From Minisyncoccota bacterium (lineage in GTDB: Bacteria; Verrucomicrobiota; Lentisphaeria; Oligosphaerales; MVZH01), in NCBI GenBank assembly GCA_021734725.1, contig JAIPIM010000001.1, positions 1 through 36,023 on the forward strand: a DNA stretch of 36,023 nucleotides, read 5' to 3'. Both the position numbers and the translations under genes were made by a program. How positions within the stretch are numbered: the first letter of the stretch is position 1; every line of letters starts with the position of its first letter. Shown here piece by piece: positions 8,303 through 16,299 of this stretch. Below the pieces are notes generated by a model. The model saw only the letters and a list, made by a program, of their open reading frames with translations, was not told the DNA's origin and did no database searches.

Positions 8303-9899
8303 CCTCGTGCGGGCGGTGGTGCCAACGGCGGCGCCACCAGCGTAGGTCGTGCAAGGCGTCGAGGGAACGATAGGGTTCAGTCAGACGGGCGAACTCTTGC
8401 GTGTAGATGAATGCCTGGCGCTGATCGATCGGAAACGGTTGATCGAACGTGTCCAGGTAGCGGCGCAACCGTTGGCGCATTTCTTCGAGCACCTCGGCGT
8501 AAGCCGGATCGTCCGCCAGGTTGTAACGCTCGCCGGGATCGGCGGCGAGGTCGTAGAGCTGGTCTGGGTCGAAGAAGTCTGGATGGCGCTCGACGCTCAG
8601 GCATTTGGCCACATCGTTGAAGCTGCCGTTCGGATTGCAGGCGCGCTCGCAGTCGCCGGCGTGCATTGTGTCTATCAGCCCTTGCGGCAGGCGATAGGCC
8701 ATGTACTTCCAGCGGGCGGTGCGCACGGCGCGGGCATAGCCGTGTTCGAAGTACAGGTCATCGCGGTCGGGTACTTCGCAGGTTTCGCCGGTGAGCAGTG
8801 GCAGGATATTGCGTCCGTCGAGAGCCATACCGTCCGGGATGGGTGTGCCGGCGGCCGCGGCCAAGGTGGGCACCCAGTCGATATTTTGTGTGAGCGCTGT
8901 AACGTGGCGGGCCGGCGGTACCGACTGCCGCCATTGCAGCACGCAGGGTATGCGCGTGCCGCCCTGGTAGACCGTGGCCTTGTCCTCGCAGGCCCCGTGA
9001 TCGCTCGAATAGATGACAATCGTGTTCTCCAAGACGTGCAATTTTCGCAGCCGCTCGAGCAGCGCGCCGATGGCGTCGTCCATCCACAGCGCCCCGGAGG
9101 TAACGAAATTGAAGGGCAGGCCGGCCTCGACGATGCGGGTGTAGATGCTGGGTCGGTCGGGCATGCAGCCCAAGTGGTCCTCCCGATAGCCGGCGGGCGT
9201 CAGCCGCGGATCGGCCAGCAACGACTCGATGTGGCCGTTGCCGTGGATGGTGGTGACGGCATAGTTGAGGAAAAAAGGGGTCCCTTCTCGGGCTGTGGCA
9301 TCGACGAAATCCAGCGCCGCCTTGGTCATCCACTCGAGGTTGTGGACCTCGAGTTCTTCGATCTGGCGGTCGCCTGGCTGGGGATTGCCCCAGGAGATGC
9401 CGCCAGCATAATCGAAACCGTTACGGCGCACCTGTTCGCAAAGGGCCTCCTGGTGTTCCTCGAGTTTGGCGGCGATTGCCGGGTCGCGTGGATCGTCGTC
9501 CTTGGCAAACCATCTGGTGCCCAGTTCTTCCTCCTTCGGTCCCGTGTGCCATTTGCCCACGTAGCCGGTGCGGTAGCCGGCACCCTGCAAGACGTGGCCG
9601 ATGGTCTTGTCCCGTCCCGGCATGATGTCCGTGTTAAAGGCGACGCTGTAGGGCGTCTGGCCGTCGCATTGCCGACGGAATGACTCGGCCGGGCAGCGGC
9701 CGCAGTAGTGGCCGGTGAGTGCCGCATAACGGCTGGCCATGCAGACCGTGGACGGGCAATGGAAGTTATCGAAGACCACGCCGTTGCCAGCGATGCTGTC
9801 GATGTTCGGCGTGAGCACGTTGCCGCCGCTGTAGCCGAGCATCTCTTCAGAGGTATCGTCGGAGACGATGCGCAGGATATTCGGGCGGTTCGATGTCAT
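8250..9899 (-). CDS. Cys-type sulfatase (S1 family) with a C-x-A-x-R signature, no signal peptide
   Basis: Sulfatase motifs are present: ILRIVSDD, C53-M-A-S-R-YAALTG (nt 9729-9743), VGKWH and IYSSDHG. The 3' end overlaps the convergent sulfatase by 53 nt. Confidence 0.9.
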   Translation of the reverse strand: MTSNRPNILRIVSDDTSEEMLGYSGGNVLTPNIDSIAGNGVVFDNFHCPSTVCMASRYAALTGHYCGRCPAESFRRQCDGQTPYSVAFNTDIMPGRDKTIGHVLQGAGYRTGYVGKWHTGPKEEELGTRWFAKDDDPRDPAIAAKLEEHQEALCEQVRRNGFDYAGGISWGNPQPGDRQIEELEVHNLEWMTKAALDFVDATAREGTPFFLNYAVTTIHGNGHIESLLADPRLTPAGYREDHLGCMPDRPSIYTRIVEAGLPFNFVTSGALWMDDAIGALLERLRKLHVLENTIVIYSSDHGACEDKATVYQGGTRIPCVLQWRQSVPPARHVTALTQNIDWVPTLAAAAGTPIPDGMALDGRNILPLLTGETCEVPDRDDLYFEHGYARAVRTARWKYMAYRLPQGLIDTMHAGDCERACNPNGSFNDVAKCLSVERHPDFFDPDQLYDLAADPGERYNLADDPAYAEVLEEMRQRLRRYLDTFDQPFPIDQRQAFIYTQEFARLTEPYRSLDALHDLRWWRRRWHHRPHEVKYNFPRDPRGSVAECR

Positions 9900-10024
9900 T
9901 TGGGTCTCATGCGTTTTGTTGGTCGTGATGCTCCGGCGCTTCAGCAGGAGCCGCGGTTGATGTTGTCTGGGGCGGGACGCGCCATGTGGCGAAAACTCAA
10001 GTCAGTACGTTCATTGAGCAACGG

Positions 10025-11794
10025 TCACAATGTCCCCAACTTTTCATAGCCTTCACGAACCGCGTCGAATGCCTGCTTCGGTTCCAAGGTTTCCGTCAAG
10101 AGGCCTTTGCGGTTGTAGCCGGCTTGGAAGCGCCCGAGTTTGATCGGGGTCGCAAAATCGTTCAGCACAAACGGCGTTATCCCTTGCAGCATGCCTTTTT
10201 CAGCAAACGCTGCAAACAAGGCCTGCACTTTTGTGTGATACTCAGCCTGGCGCGCCTCCCCGTAATCAAAGCCTTCTTCGCCTTTTACGGCGTCAATGCC
10301 GACCTCTGACAAGATCACGGGCTTGCCGAACCCCGAGAAAAGTTCAATTTTCGTTTCATGTTCCTGGAAATCATCCTCCTGTTCCGGGTCCGCGCCGTCA
10401 TTGATGCCGGAGTAACTGTTAAATGAAATAACATCCACTTTTTCCACGAGCTGCGGCGGATAGATCTGCGTCATATTCAACGTTCCCGACCCGCTGGCGT
10501 AGGTGACCAGCCGGGAAGGGTCTTCGCGATGCAGCAAGTCGGCGGCCGTGAGAAAATAATCCAGGTTCGATTGCCCTGATTCGACATCATTGTAGAGGCA
10601 TTCATTACCGATGCACCACATCGCCACGGAGGGGTTGTTGCGAAACGCCCGTACCATAGCGTCCAGCATGTGCAGCGCCCGTCGGCTCTCGCTTGGCCGT
10701 TGCATCGTCGGTATCCAGTATGCCGGCACTTCCGCCCATACCAGGATGCCTGCGCGGTCGCAGGCCCGTACAAACTCGCGGCTCGGCGGACAATGGCCGG
10801 CGCGCGCGAAGTTGCAGTTGAGTTTCTGCAGGAGTTTTAATGTTTTCCGCGCCGTTGCTTCAGACATCGAGAAGATGCCGCGATCCGGGTCTTCGGTCCA
10901 GGTACAGACGCCGCGCAGCACGATAGGCGTGCCGTTGAGCATGACAGCACGTCCATCAGTACGCAGTTCCCTCAAGCCGACGGTGTCGCACCAGTTGTCC
11001 TTATCCGCGCTGACCTCCAGGCGATAAAGATGCGGATCATCCGTCTGCCAGAGCCGCACTTTCCGGCGGGGCAGCGAGATGCAGGTTCCGGACCATGAGC
11101 CGGCGACGGCTTCCCATTGTGTAGTGAAGACCTGCGTGCCGCTATCCGGATCAACGAGCGTACAGTTTACCCTGAAGCTGCGGTCGCGTCCGGGCGCATG
11201 GATAAGGGTCCCCATTTTCACCTCGACATTATCGCCGTCCAGACGTGTTGTGAGGTACGCTTCCCGAACGTGGACGGCGGGTACGCGAACCAGTTTCACC
11301 GGGCGGTGTATGCCGCCGTCATGCCACCAGTCATGGCGAATACCGGGAACGCCGTCCTTCTGTCGGGTATTGTCAACATAGACCAGAAGCCGATTGGTCT
11401 GTTGCAGAGCGGGGGTTGCATCGATGGTAAAGGGAATGAAGCCGCCGTCGTGTTCGCCGATGTACTGACCGTTAAGAAAAACCCGGCAACGGTCCGCGAC
11501 CCCTTCAAAGTGCAGATAGCAATGTTCCCCTTCATCGACTGGCGCTGTCTCAAAGTGATGAAGGTAAACGGCTTGGCCTTCGTAGTAGGCCAACTTTTCA
11601 TGGATTCGATTAAATGCTCCCGGGACTCGCGTCGGCCAGAACGCATCCTCATCGTAGGAGGGGAAAAACTGTCCGGACTGGCGTTCCGAATTCCACCAAC
11701 GCTGCTGCACCGCGCGCCCCATGGGATCGGGCATTAGTCCCCAATCTCCGTCGAGGTCCTGTACGTTTCGATTTCCAATGTTCATCGGATGCAT
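10025..11794 (-). CDS. GH2-family glycoside hydrolase (beta-glucuronidase/beta-galactosidase type)
   Basis: The protein is 589 aa. It carries FEGVADRCRVFLNGQYIGEHDGGFIPFTID, the acid/base motif WCIGNE and a candidate nucleophile in VILSEVG. An AAGGA Shine-Dalgarno sequence precedes the ATG. There is no signal peptide. Confidence 0.9.
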   Translation of the reverse strand: MHPMNIGNRNVQDLDGDWGLMPDPMGRAVQQRWWNSERQSGQFFPSYDEDAFWPTRVPGAFNRIHEKLAYYEGQAVYLHHFETAPVDEGEHCYLHFEGVADRCRVFLNGQYIGEHDGGFIPFTIDATPALQQTNRLLVYVDNTRQKDGVPGIRHDWWHDGGIHRPVKLVRVPAVHVREAYLTTRLDGDNVEVKMGTLIHAPGRDRSFRVNCTLVDPDSGTQVFTTQWEAVAGSWSGTCISLPRRKVRLWQTDDPHLYRLEVSADKDNWCDTVGLRELRTDGRAVMLNGTPIVLRGVCTWTEDPDRGIFSMSEATARKTLKLLQKLNCNFARAGHCPPSREFVRACDRAGILVWAEVPAYWIPTMQRPSESRRALHMLDAMVRAFRNNPSVAMWCIGNECLYNDVESGQSNLDYFLTAADLLHREDPSRLVTYASGSGTLNMTQIYPPQLVEKVDVISFNSYSGINDGADPEQEDDFQEHETKIELFSGFGKPVILSEVGIDAVKGEEGFDYGEARQAEYHTKVQALFAAFAEKGMLQGITPFVLNDFATPIKLGRFQAGYNRKGLLTETLEPKQAFDAVREGYEKLGTL

Positions 11795-11822
11795 CTATTT
11801 GTCCTTAATTGTTAATCAAACT

Positions 11823-11857
11823 TGAGTTCTGAGTTGTGAACACTGAACATTTTGACA
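11823..11857 (-). promoter_or_regulatory. heptad-phased GTTC/GAAC element in the GH2 leader (TGAGTTC TGAGTTG TGAACAC TGAACAT TTTGACA)
   Basis: The 7-bp phasing was read directly. The element lies 28 nt upstream of start codon 11794. It shares the exact 13-mer TGAGTTCTGAGTT with 22912-22924. Confidence 0.5.
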
Positions 11858-11938
11858 TTCCTGGTACCACCTTCCACACCGTTACCCAGGTCTCGCTCTT
11901 TTAAGCACGGAGGTATCGCAAGCCAAACGACACTTTAT

Positions 11939-12041
11939 AAAAAAAACCGGTTAAGTGTATCCGGTTAAGTGTATAGGGGCGCAAAGCGTCACACGTATGC
12001 GTACACTTAAACGCCACCCTTGCTCGGACTACACTTAACCG
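11939..12041 (-). terminator. nested inverted-repeat structure followed by a T8 run (candidate intrinsic terminator or switch)
   Basis: On the minus strand the order is CGGTTAAGTGTA (12041-12030), TTAAGTGTA (12010-12002), TACACTTAACCGG (11973-11961), TACACTTAACCGG (11959-11947) and then TTTTTTTT (11946-11939). The two 3' arms are an exact 14-bp tandem duplication (11947-11960 and 11961-11974). Confidence 0.55.
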
Positions 12042-12320
12042 ACCCACTTTTTCGTCAACTGTCGTTGTCTTTTTCAAACAAAACAGGCCGTTCCACTTTC
12101 GCATGGCAATGAGTTCTGGTTACCCTTGTTTGTCCCCTTTAGGGCTGTCTCCAGAATGGCCATGACCGACCGGGGGTTGCACCGCCCGGCTGACTTATGC
12201 GTCCCCGTTGGGGACAGTACACTGGACGCGCCTGATCATCCAGACGGCCTCGCCTTTCAAACCTTCTGAGCTGCGTATGGTTCTTTCCAAGGCACCTTTG
12301 CGCGTTGCGTTGATGCACTC

Positions 12321-15300
12321 TTACTTGTGTAAATGAATTTTCTTTGTGGTCTGCATACCGGACATGACGTCTCGTATCGTCACGGTCCACTTGCCGACTG
12401 GATCATTCAGGGCGAATGGAATCTGGAATACTGCACGACCGGCGGGTGCAACCTTTGTCTTGCAATACAACGGCCTGCGCGCGCCGGACGGGGAGGTTAC
12501 GTCGATGTACAGGACATGTTCTCCTGGCTGCTCTCCACTGGTCCGGATGGTCGTGGGCACTGACAGGACGTTTCCGGCCGTTGTTCGCCGGGGGATATCC
12601 GCTTGAACACCGGTTACCTTGTACGGCAGCAGACACAGCAGGCGGCCTTCGAAAGGCGGTAAATCGATGGTTGCGGACTCTCCGAACCCGAGGTATCGCC
12701 GTGATCTCACATCATAGGCGTGGCGCTTGCCGGACCAAGTAAACATCGCATCATTTGTTTGATCCACACCTTCTGCGGAATCCCACAGTCGGGGATTGTT
12801 GCCTCCAACAAAGTTGCCGCGAATGGACCCCAGCAATCGCGCTTTGCCGCGGGTGAAACGGTACAGTGGACGGTAGTGCAAATTGTCGCCGGTGCGCGGA
12901 TCGACAATCCGTTCAGCGGGGTCATCAATGCCAGCCCACTTGAGAAGCGCATGGGCAAACGCCTGATGATGGTCGAGCGTATCGTTATTGAGCCCCTTGT
13001 ACACGAAATTCAGCAGCAAGGCGTGCCCTTTCCCGTATGAATTCACAAAACACCCGTTCACAACCGACCCCTGATTGTCGACCGGGGAAATCTCGGCATG
13101 TGCGACAGCCGTTGTTGGCTTTATCCCAAGCACTGTGATGGGTCCGGTTAATCTAACTGGTTTCTCCGTAAGGACAATATCCGCCCGCGGCGGCGACTGG
13201 AAGACAATCGACGAGGCTTCCGAGCTCGCGTGTAAGCGCGCGTTTGCGCAATCGACGCCGAACACGTCGGCCAGGGCGGTGTTGTGGCGTGGCTTGCCCA
13301 TCTGATGACGGGTGGCCGGAAGAATGTCCGCGAGTACCGTACCGCCGTTACGTACGTACGTACGAATCGCGGCGACCGCCGCATCGCTCATATTTATCTG
13401 TTGCGGCAGAAAAAGGAGCTTGCAGTCATCTTGCAATGCCCCGTCTTCGATGCTTTGCTCTGAAATCCCCCCGACAGGGACAAACAGATTGCTCATTATT
13501 CTGCTGAAGGTGCCGGCGGACTGCGGTCGGCCGCCGTACAGACGCACCGCTTTCCAGGCATCATCGCGCTTGTGGTACAGCCACCCCATGTGCTGATTCT
13601 GTGAGGTTGAGAGTGTTCGTATCTGTGTGATAGAGCTACGCTCAGCGCCGCTGAGCAGTGCCCCGCAACCGCGAATGACGTCGGACAGCCCCTCCTGAAC
13701 CCATACTGCATGGCGTCGCCAGGCGAGTTCGCTGCCGATGATGGCATTGCCGAAATAATACCACAGCGCGTCGGCGCCGGTCAGAATATGCTTCCACGGA
13801 CCGTAGTCCTTCCACACCTGGGGCGGGTCGTACTTCTGGCCGCCGGGCTGCCCGACGTAGGCCGCGCCTGGGCTGCCGCCGCCATAGAGCATCATGAATC
13901 GCATGTGGCCACGCATTTTGCTCAAATCCCCGCCGCGATAGGTTGGTCCACCGGCCGATGTCCGCCAGTGGGGTGCGCCGCAACCCGCGCGATAGTCGTC
14001 ACCCAGCACTTCCTCATGTTGTTTGGACACCCAGCCGTAGTAGCGGACGGCATAGGTCCAGTTCATGTACTCCCGGAATTCCAGCCAGCCCGAGGGATTG
14101 CCCAGGGCTTCGATCTCGTCTTCCTCGATGACACGAACGTCATTGAAGCTGGCAAAATCGGTTCCCCACATGTCGTTGAGCGCGGCGATGTCGCCATATT
14201 TCTTTCGCATTGCTTCGCGAAAGAGTTCCACTGACCACTTGTCCTGCGAGAGCTGCGCCCCGTATACCTCACGGTTTTTGCTGCCCGTCCAGGCAAACCA
14301 GGACTCGTCATCCAGGACCCGACTGACACTGCCATAAGCCCTGATGTCAGTGATGTCCGTGTCGATCTGCTCGCTCAGTTTCGCCCGTTTTTCGGGATCG
14401 TTCGGCGTCCATCTGTGAACTTTTGAGAAGCCTTTCTGCGAAAATTGCCACGATTTGCCGGCAACGCCGAACAAGCCTTCGTCGGCCGCGTTCTGCAGTC
14501 TTCCCCGTGAATGATTGTTGAAGTAGATGCCGTTGAATCCGGCGGCTCTGTAGAGCAGCCCGGTGTATGGGCGGAGATGTACGGACGCCTTCGTGCGTCC
14601 ATAACTGAAGACCCCGAATTGTCCGTCCATTGCATCGATTCCGATCCGCGGGAGGTAAACCTGAACGGCCTTGCGCGCCAGCACGTCACCGGTGTCGGGG
14701 TCCCGTAAGGTGAAAAACACGCGATTCATGGGTAGTTGCGAAAGGAGGGTGTCCACGTGGACGGTGACTGTTCCCGTCACACGTTGCGTTCTGTCGAAAA
14801 ACACGCGATTGTTTGCATCGACCCCCATACTTTGCAAGTTGCCGCTGGTGTCACCAATGTCAACCTGGAACGACAGTGCATCTCCCGGTTCCTGATGGTT
14901 GTCGAGTTGGTTGACTGAGAGGTTGGTACCACCCGTGACATCAATGGCCGCTGTCCCCCAGTTGTACGTTTTGCCGTCTGATTTGACCCACATGTCAAGT
15001 CGGTAGAGTCCGTTGGCGTGCAATACCGGAAGTGACGGTGTCACTGTGGCGGAGGTTCCACTGAGATCAAGGGGCTGGCTATCTTCGTAAAGACGCTCTC
15101 CGGTAGCATCCGTCAACCGGTACTGCAGCGTTGCAGGGGGGGGACGTTCCTGGTTGGCGGTCACGGTGATCTTCATCTGCGGGGAAGTGCCGGATGGGGT
15201 CGGTGTGACCTCTGCCGCCTGCAGTCCGATCCGTGGCGCTTTGTTGGCGGCCCAGGCGATCGCCCGCAACCACGCGGCATAGATGGCCTCGTGGGAGTCG

Positions 15301-16268
15301 CCGATCCGCGGCGTGTCTCCCTCCTGGAATCGGGGGACGAGCCCCGTTGAGCCCATTCCCTGTGTTGCGTAGTGAAAGGCAGCGACGCGCCCTTTGCCGT
15401 AGCGGCCGGTGGCGACCACCGCGTGGTTTTTGGCGGTTGCCAGGACCTCGGCATCTTTGTCCGCCCGGCTCTTGGTCAACTGACACTTCGGCCAGGGCGC
15501 AAAGGTGATACCGTCGCTTACCGGCGACGAGACAGCTGTGCGCTCAGGGGTCTCGACGATGGCGCTCATCCCGCCGTCTCCATAGCCTATCGGCGTAAGC
15601 TCTTCAAACGCCGCCCGATTGGCGACATTTCCCTTATAGAAAAAGTACGTGCCGAGTTGACCGACTGCGCCTGTTCCCGCCCGAATTTTCGCCTCCAGCC
15701 GTTCGAAGACTGGCGCGACTGTCGGAAGTGGGGTATCCTTGCGCCACCATGGTATAAAACCGCGCAACACGATCACGTCGTACTCTTTTGAGAGAATCTC
15801 GTCGTACCGTTCGCTGAGTAGCGAGTTCATCGCCTCCGCATTGGGGAACGATCCCAGTATCGACGGAATCATCAGGGGCGTGATCTCGAAATTCGAGCGC
15901 TGCCGGATCTCCATCATGTCTCGCAGTCCTTCTCTGGGCTCGACGACCCAAAGGATGCGGACGGGGGGTTGCTCGTACGCGTTGGCCCATTCGGTATGCG
16001 GCGTCTCCAAGGCGTTTAAGGCGCCCTGAAGCAACGCGGGAGTTGCGCCATGTTCCACGATCTTCTTGGACGGCCGGTCGCCGAACCCATAGACTTCCCT
16101 GAGTATACTGGGGGTCTCCGTCTCGTCAGTGCCGTTGACTGGCGGCGACGTGAGTTCCAGCGGAACAAATCGGTAGGACTTGCCGGATGGCTCGCGGCAA
16201 CCGCTGTTCAGGAAGATTGCACCGCAGAGTACAGAAGTCAGTAGAATAGTAACAGATAAACGATGCAT
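12321..16268 (-). CDS. large exported (probable lipo)protein with a GH42-like core; paralog A
   Basis: The protein is 1,315 aa. Its N-terminal signal peptide ends in FLNSGC, which resembles a lipobox. The central region resembles the GH42 TIM barrel (LFREAMRKKYGDIAALNDMWGTDFASFNDV; VLDDESWFAWTG). A segment resembling the GH42 trimerisation/GATase1 domain follows (YVRNGGTVLADILPATRHQMGKP). An AAGGAC Shine-Dalgarno sequence is present. Confidence 0.9.
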   Translation of the reverse strand: MHRLSVTILLTSVLCGAIFLNSGCREPSGKSYRFVPLELTSPPVNGTDETETPSILREVYGFGDRPSKKIVEHGATPALLQGALNALETPHTEWANAYEQPPVRILWVVEPREGLRDMMEIRQRSNFEITPLMIPSILGSFPNAEAMNSLLSERYDEILSKEYDVIVLRGFIPWWRKDTPLPTVAPVFERLEAKIRAGTGAVGQLGTYFFYKGNVANRAAFEELTPIGYGDGGMSAIVETPERTAVSSPVSDGITFAPWPKCQLTKSRADKDAEVLATAKNHAVVATGRYGKGRVAAFHYATQGMGSTGLVPRFQEGDTPRIGDSHEAIYAAWLRAIAWAANKAPRIGLQAAEVTPTPSGTSPQMKITVTANQERPPPATLQYRLTDATGERLYEDSQPLDLSGTSATVTPSLPVLHANGLYRLDMWVKSDGKTYNWGTAAIDVTGGTNLSVNQLDNHQEPGDALSFQVDIGDTSGNLQSMGVDANNRVFFDRTQRVTGTVTVHVDTLLSQLPMNRVFFTLRDPDTGDVLARKAVQVYLPRIGIDAMDGQFGVFSYGRTKASVHLRPYTGLLYRAAGFNGIYFNNHSRGRLQNAADEGLFGVAGKSWQFSQKGFSKVHRWTPNDPEKRAKLSEQIDTDITDIRAYGSVSRVLDDESWFAWTGSKNREVYGAQLSQDKWSVELFREAMRKKYGDIAALNDMWGTDFASFNDVRVIEEDEIEALGNPSGWLEFREYMNWTYAVRYYGWVSKQHEEVLGDDYRAGCGAPHWRTSAGGPTYRGGDLSKMRGHMRFMMLYGGGSPGAAYVGQPGGQKYDPPQVWKDYGPWKHILTGADALWYYFGNAIIGSELAWRRHAVWVQEGLSDVIRGCGALLSGAERSSITQIRTLSTSQNQHMGWLYHKRDDAWKAVRLYGGRPQSAGTFSRIMSNLFVPVGGISEQSIEDGALQDDCKLLFLPQQINMSDAAVAAIRTYVRNGGTVLADILPATRHQMGKPRHNTALADVFGVDCANARLHASSEASSIVFQSPPRADIVLTEKPVRLTGPITVLGIKPTTAVAHAEISPVDNQGSVVNGCFVNSYGKGHALLLNFVYKGLNNDTLDHHQAFAHALLKWAGIDDPAERIVDPRTGDNLHYRPLYRFTRGKARLLGSIRGNFVGGNNPRLWDSAEGVDQTNDAMFTWSGKRHAYDVRSRRYLGFGESATIDLPPFEGRLLCLLPYKVTGVQADIPRRTTAGNVLSVPTTIRTSGEQPGEHVLYIDVTSPSGARRPLYCKTKVAPAGRAVFQIPFALNDPVGKWTVTIRDVMSGMQTTKKIHLHK

Positions 16269-16299
16269 TGTTGATATGTTTCGTCCTTATTTATGTTTC

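Noticed and set aside
8349-9683. Long ORFs antisense to annotated genes: 8349-9683 (+, 444 aa), 5062-6258 (-, 398 aa), 21577-22536 (+, 319 aa), 17599-18522 (+, 307 aa), 34053-34778 (+, 241 aa), 24591-25262 (-, 223 aa), 20902-21540 (+, 212 aa), 3682-4305 (-, 207 aa) and others
   Set aside because: Each lies entirely inside a longer opposite-strand ORF that has clear family motifs. Their translations are low-complexity and rich in R, G, A and P, and show no recognisable domains. These are typical shadow ORFs of GC-rich coding DNA.
11901-12104. 67-aa ORF in the GH2 to paralog-A spacer (and the 83-aa ORF at 12139-12390)
   Set aside because: The first is made up largely of the inverted-repeat and T-run structure. 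The second overlaps the 3' end of the 1,315-aa gene. Neither has a Shine-Dalgarno sequence or recognisable motifs.
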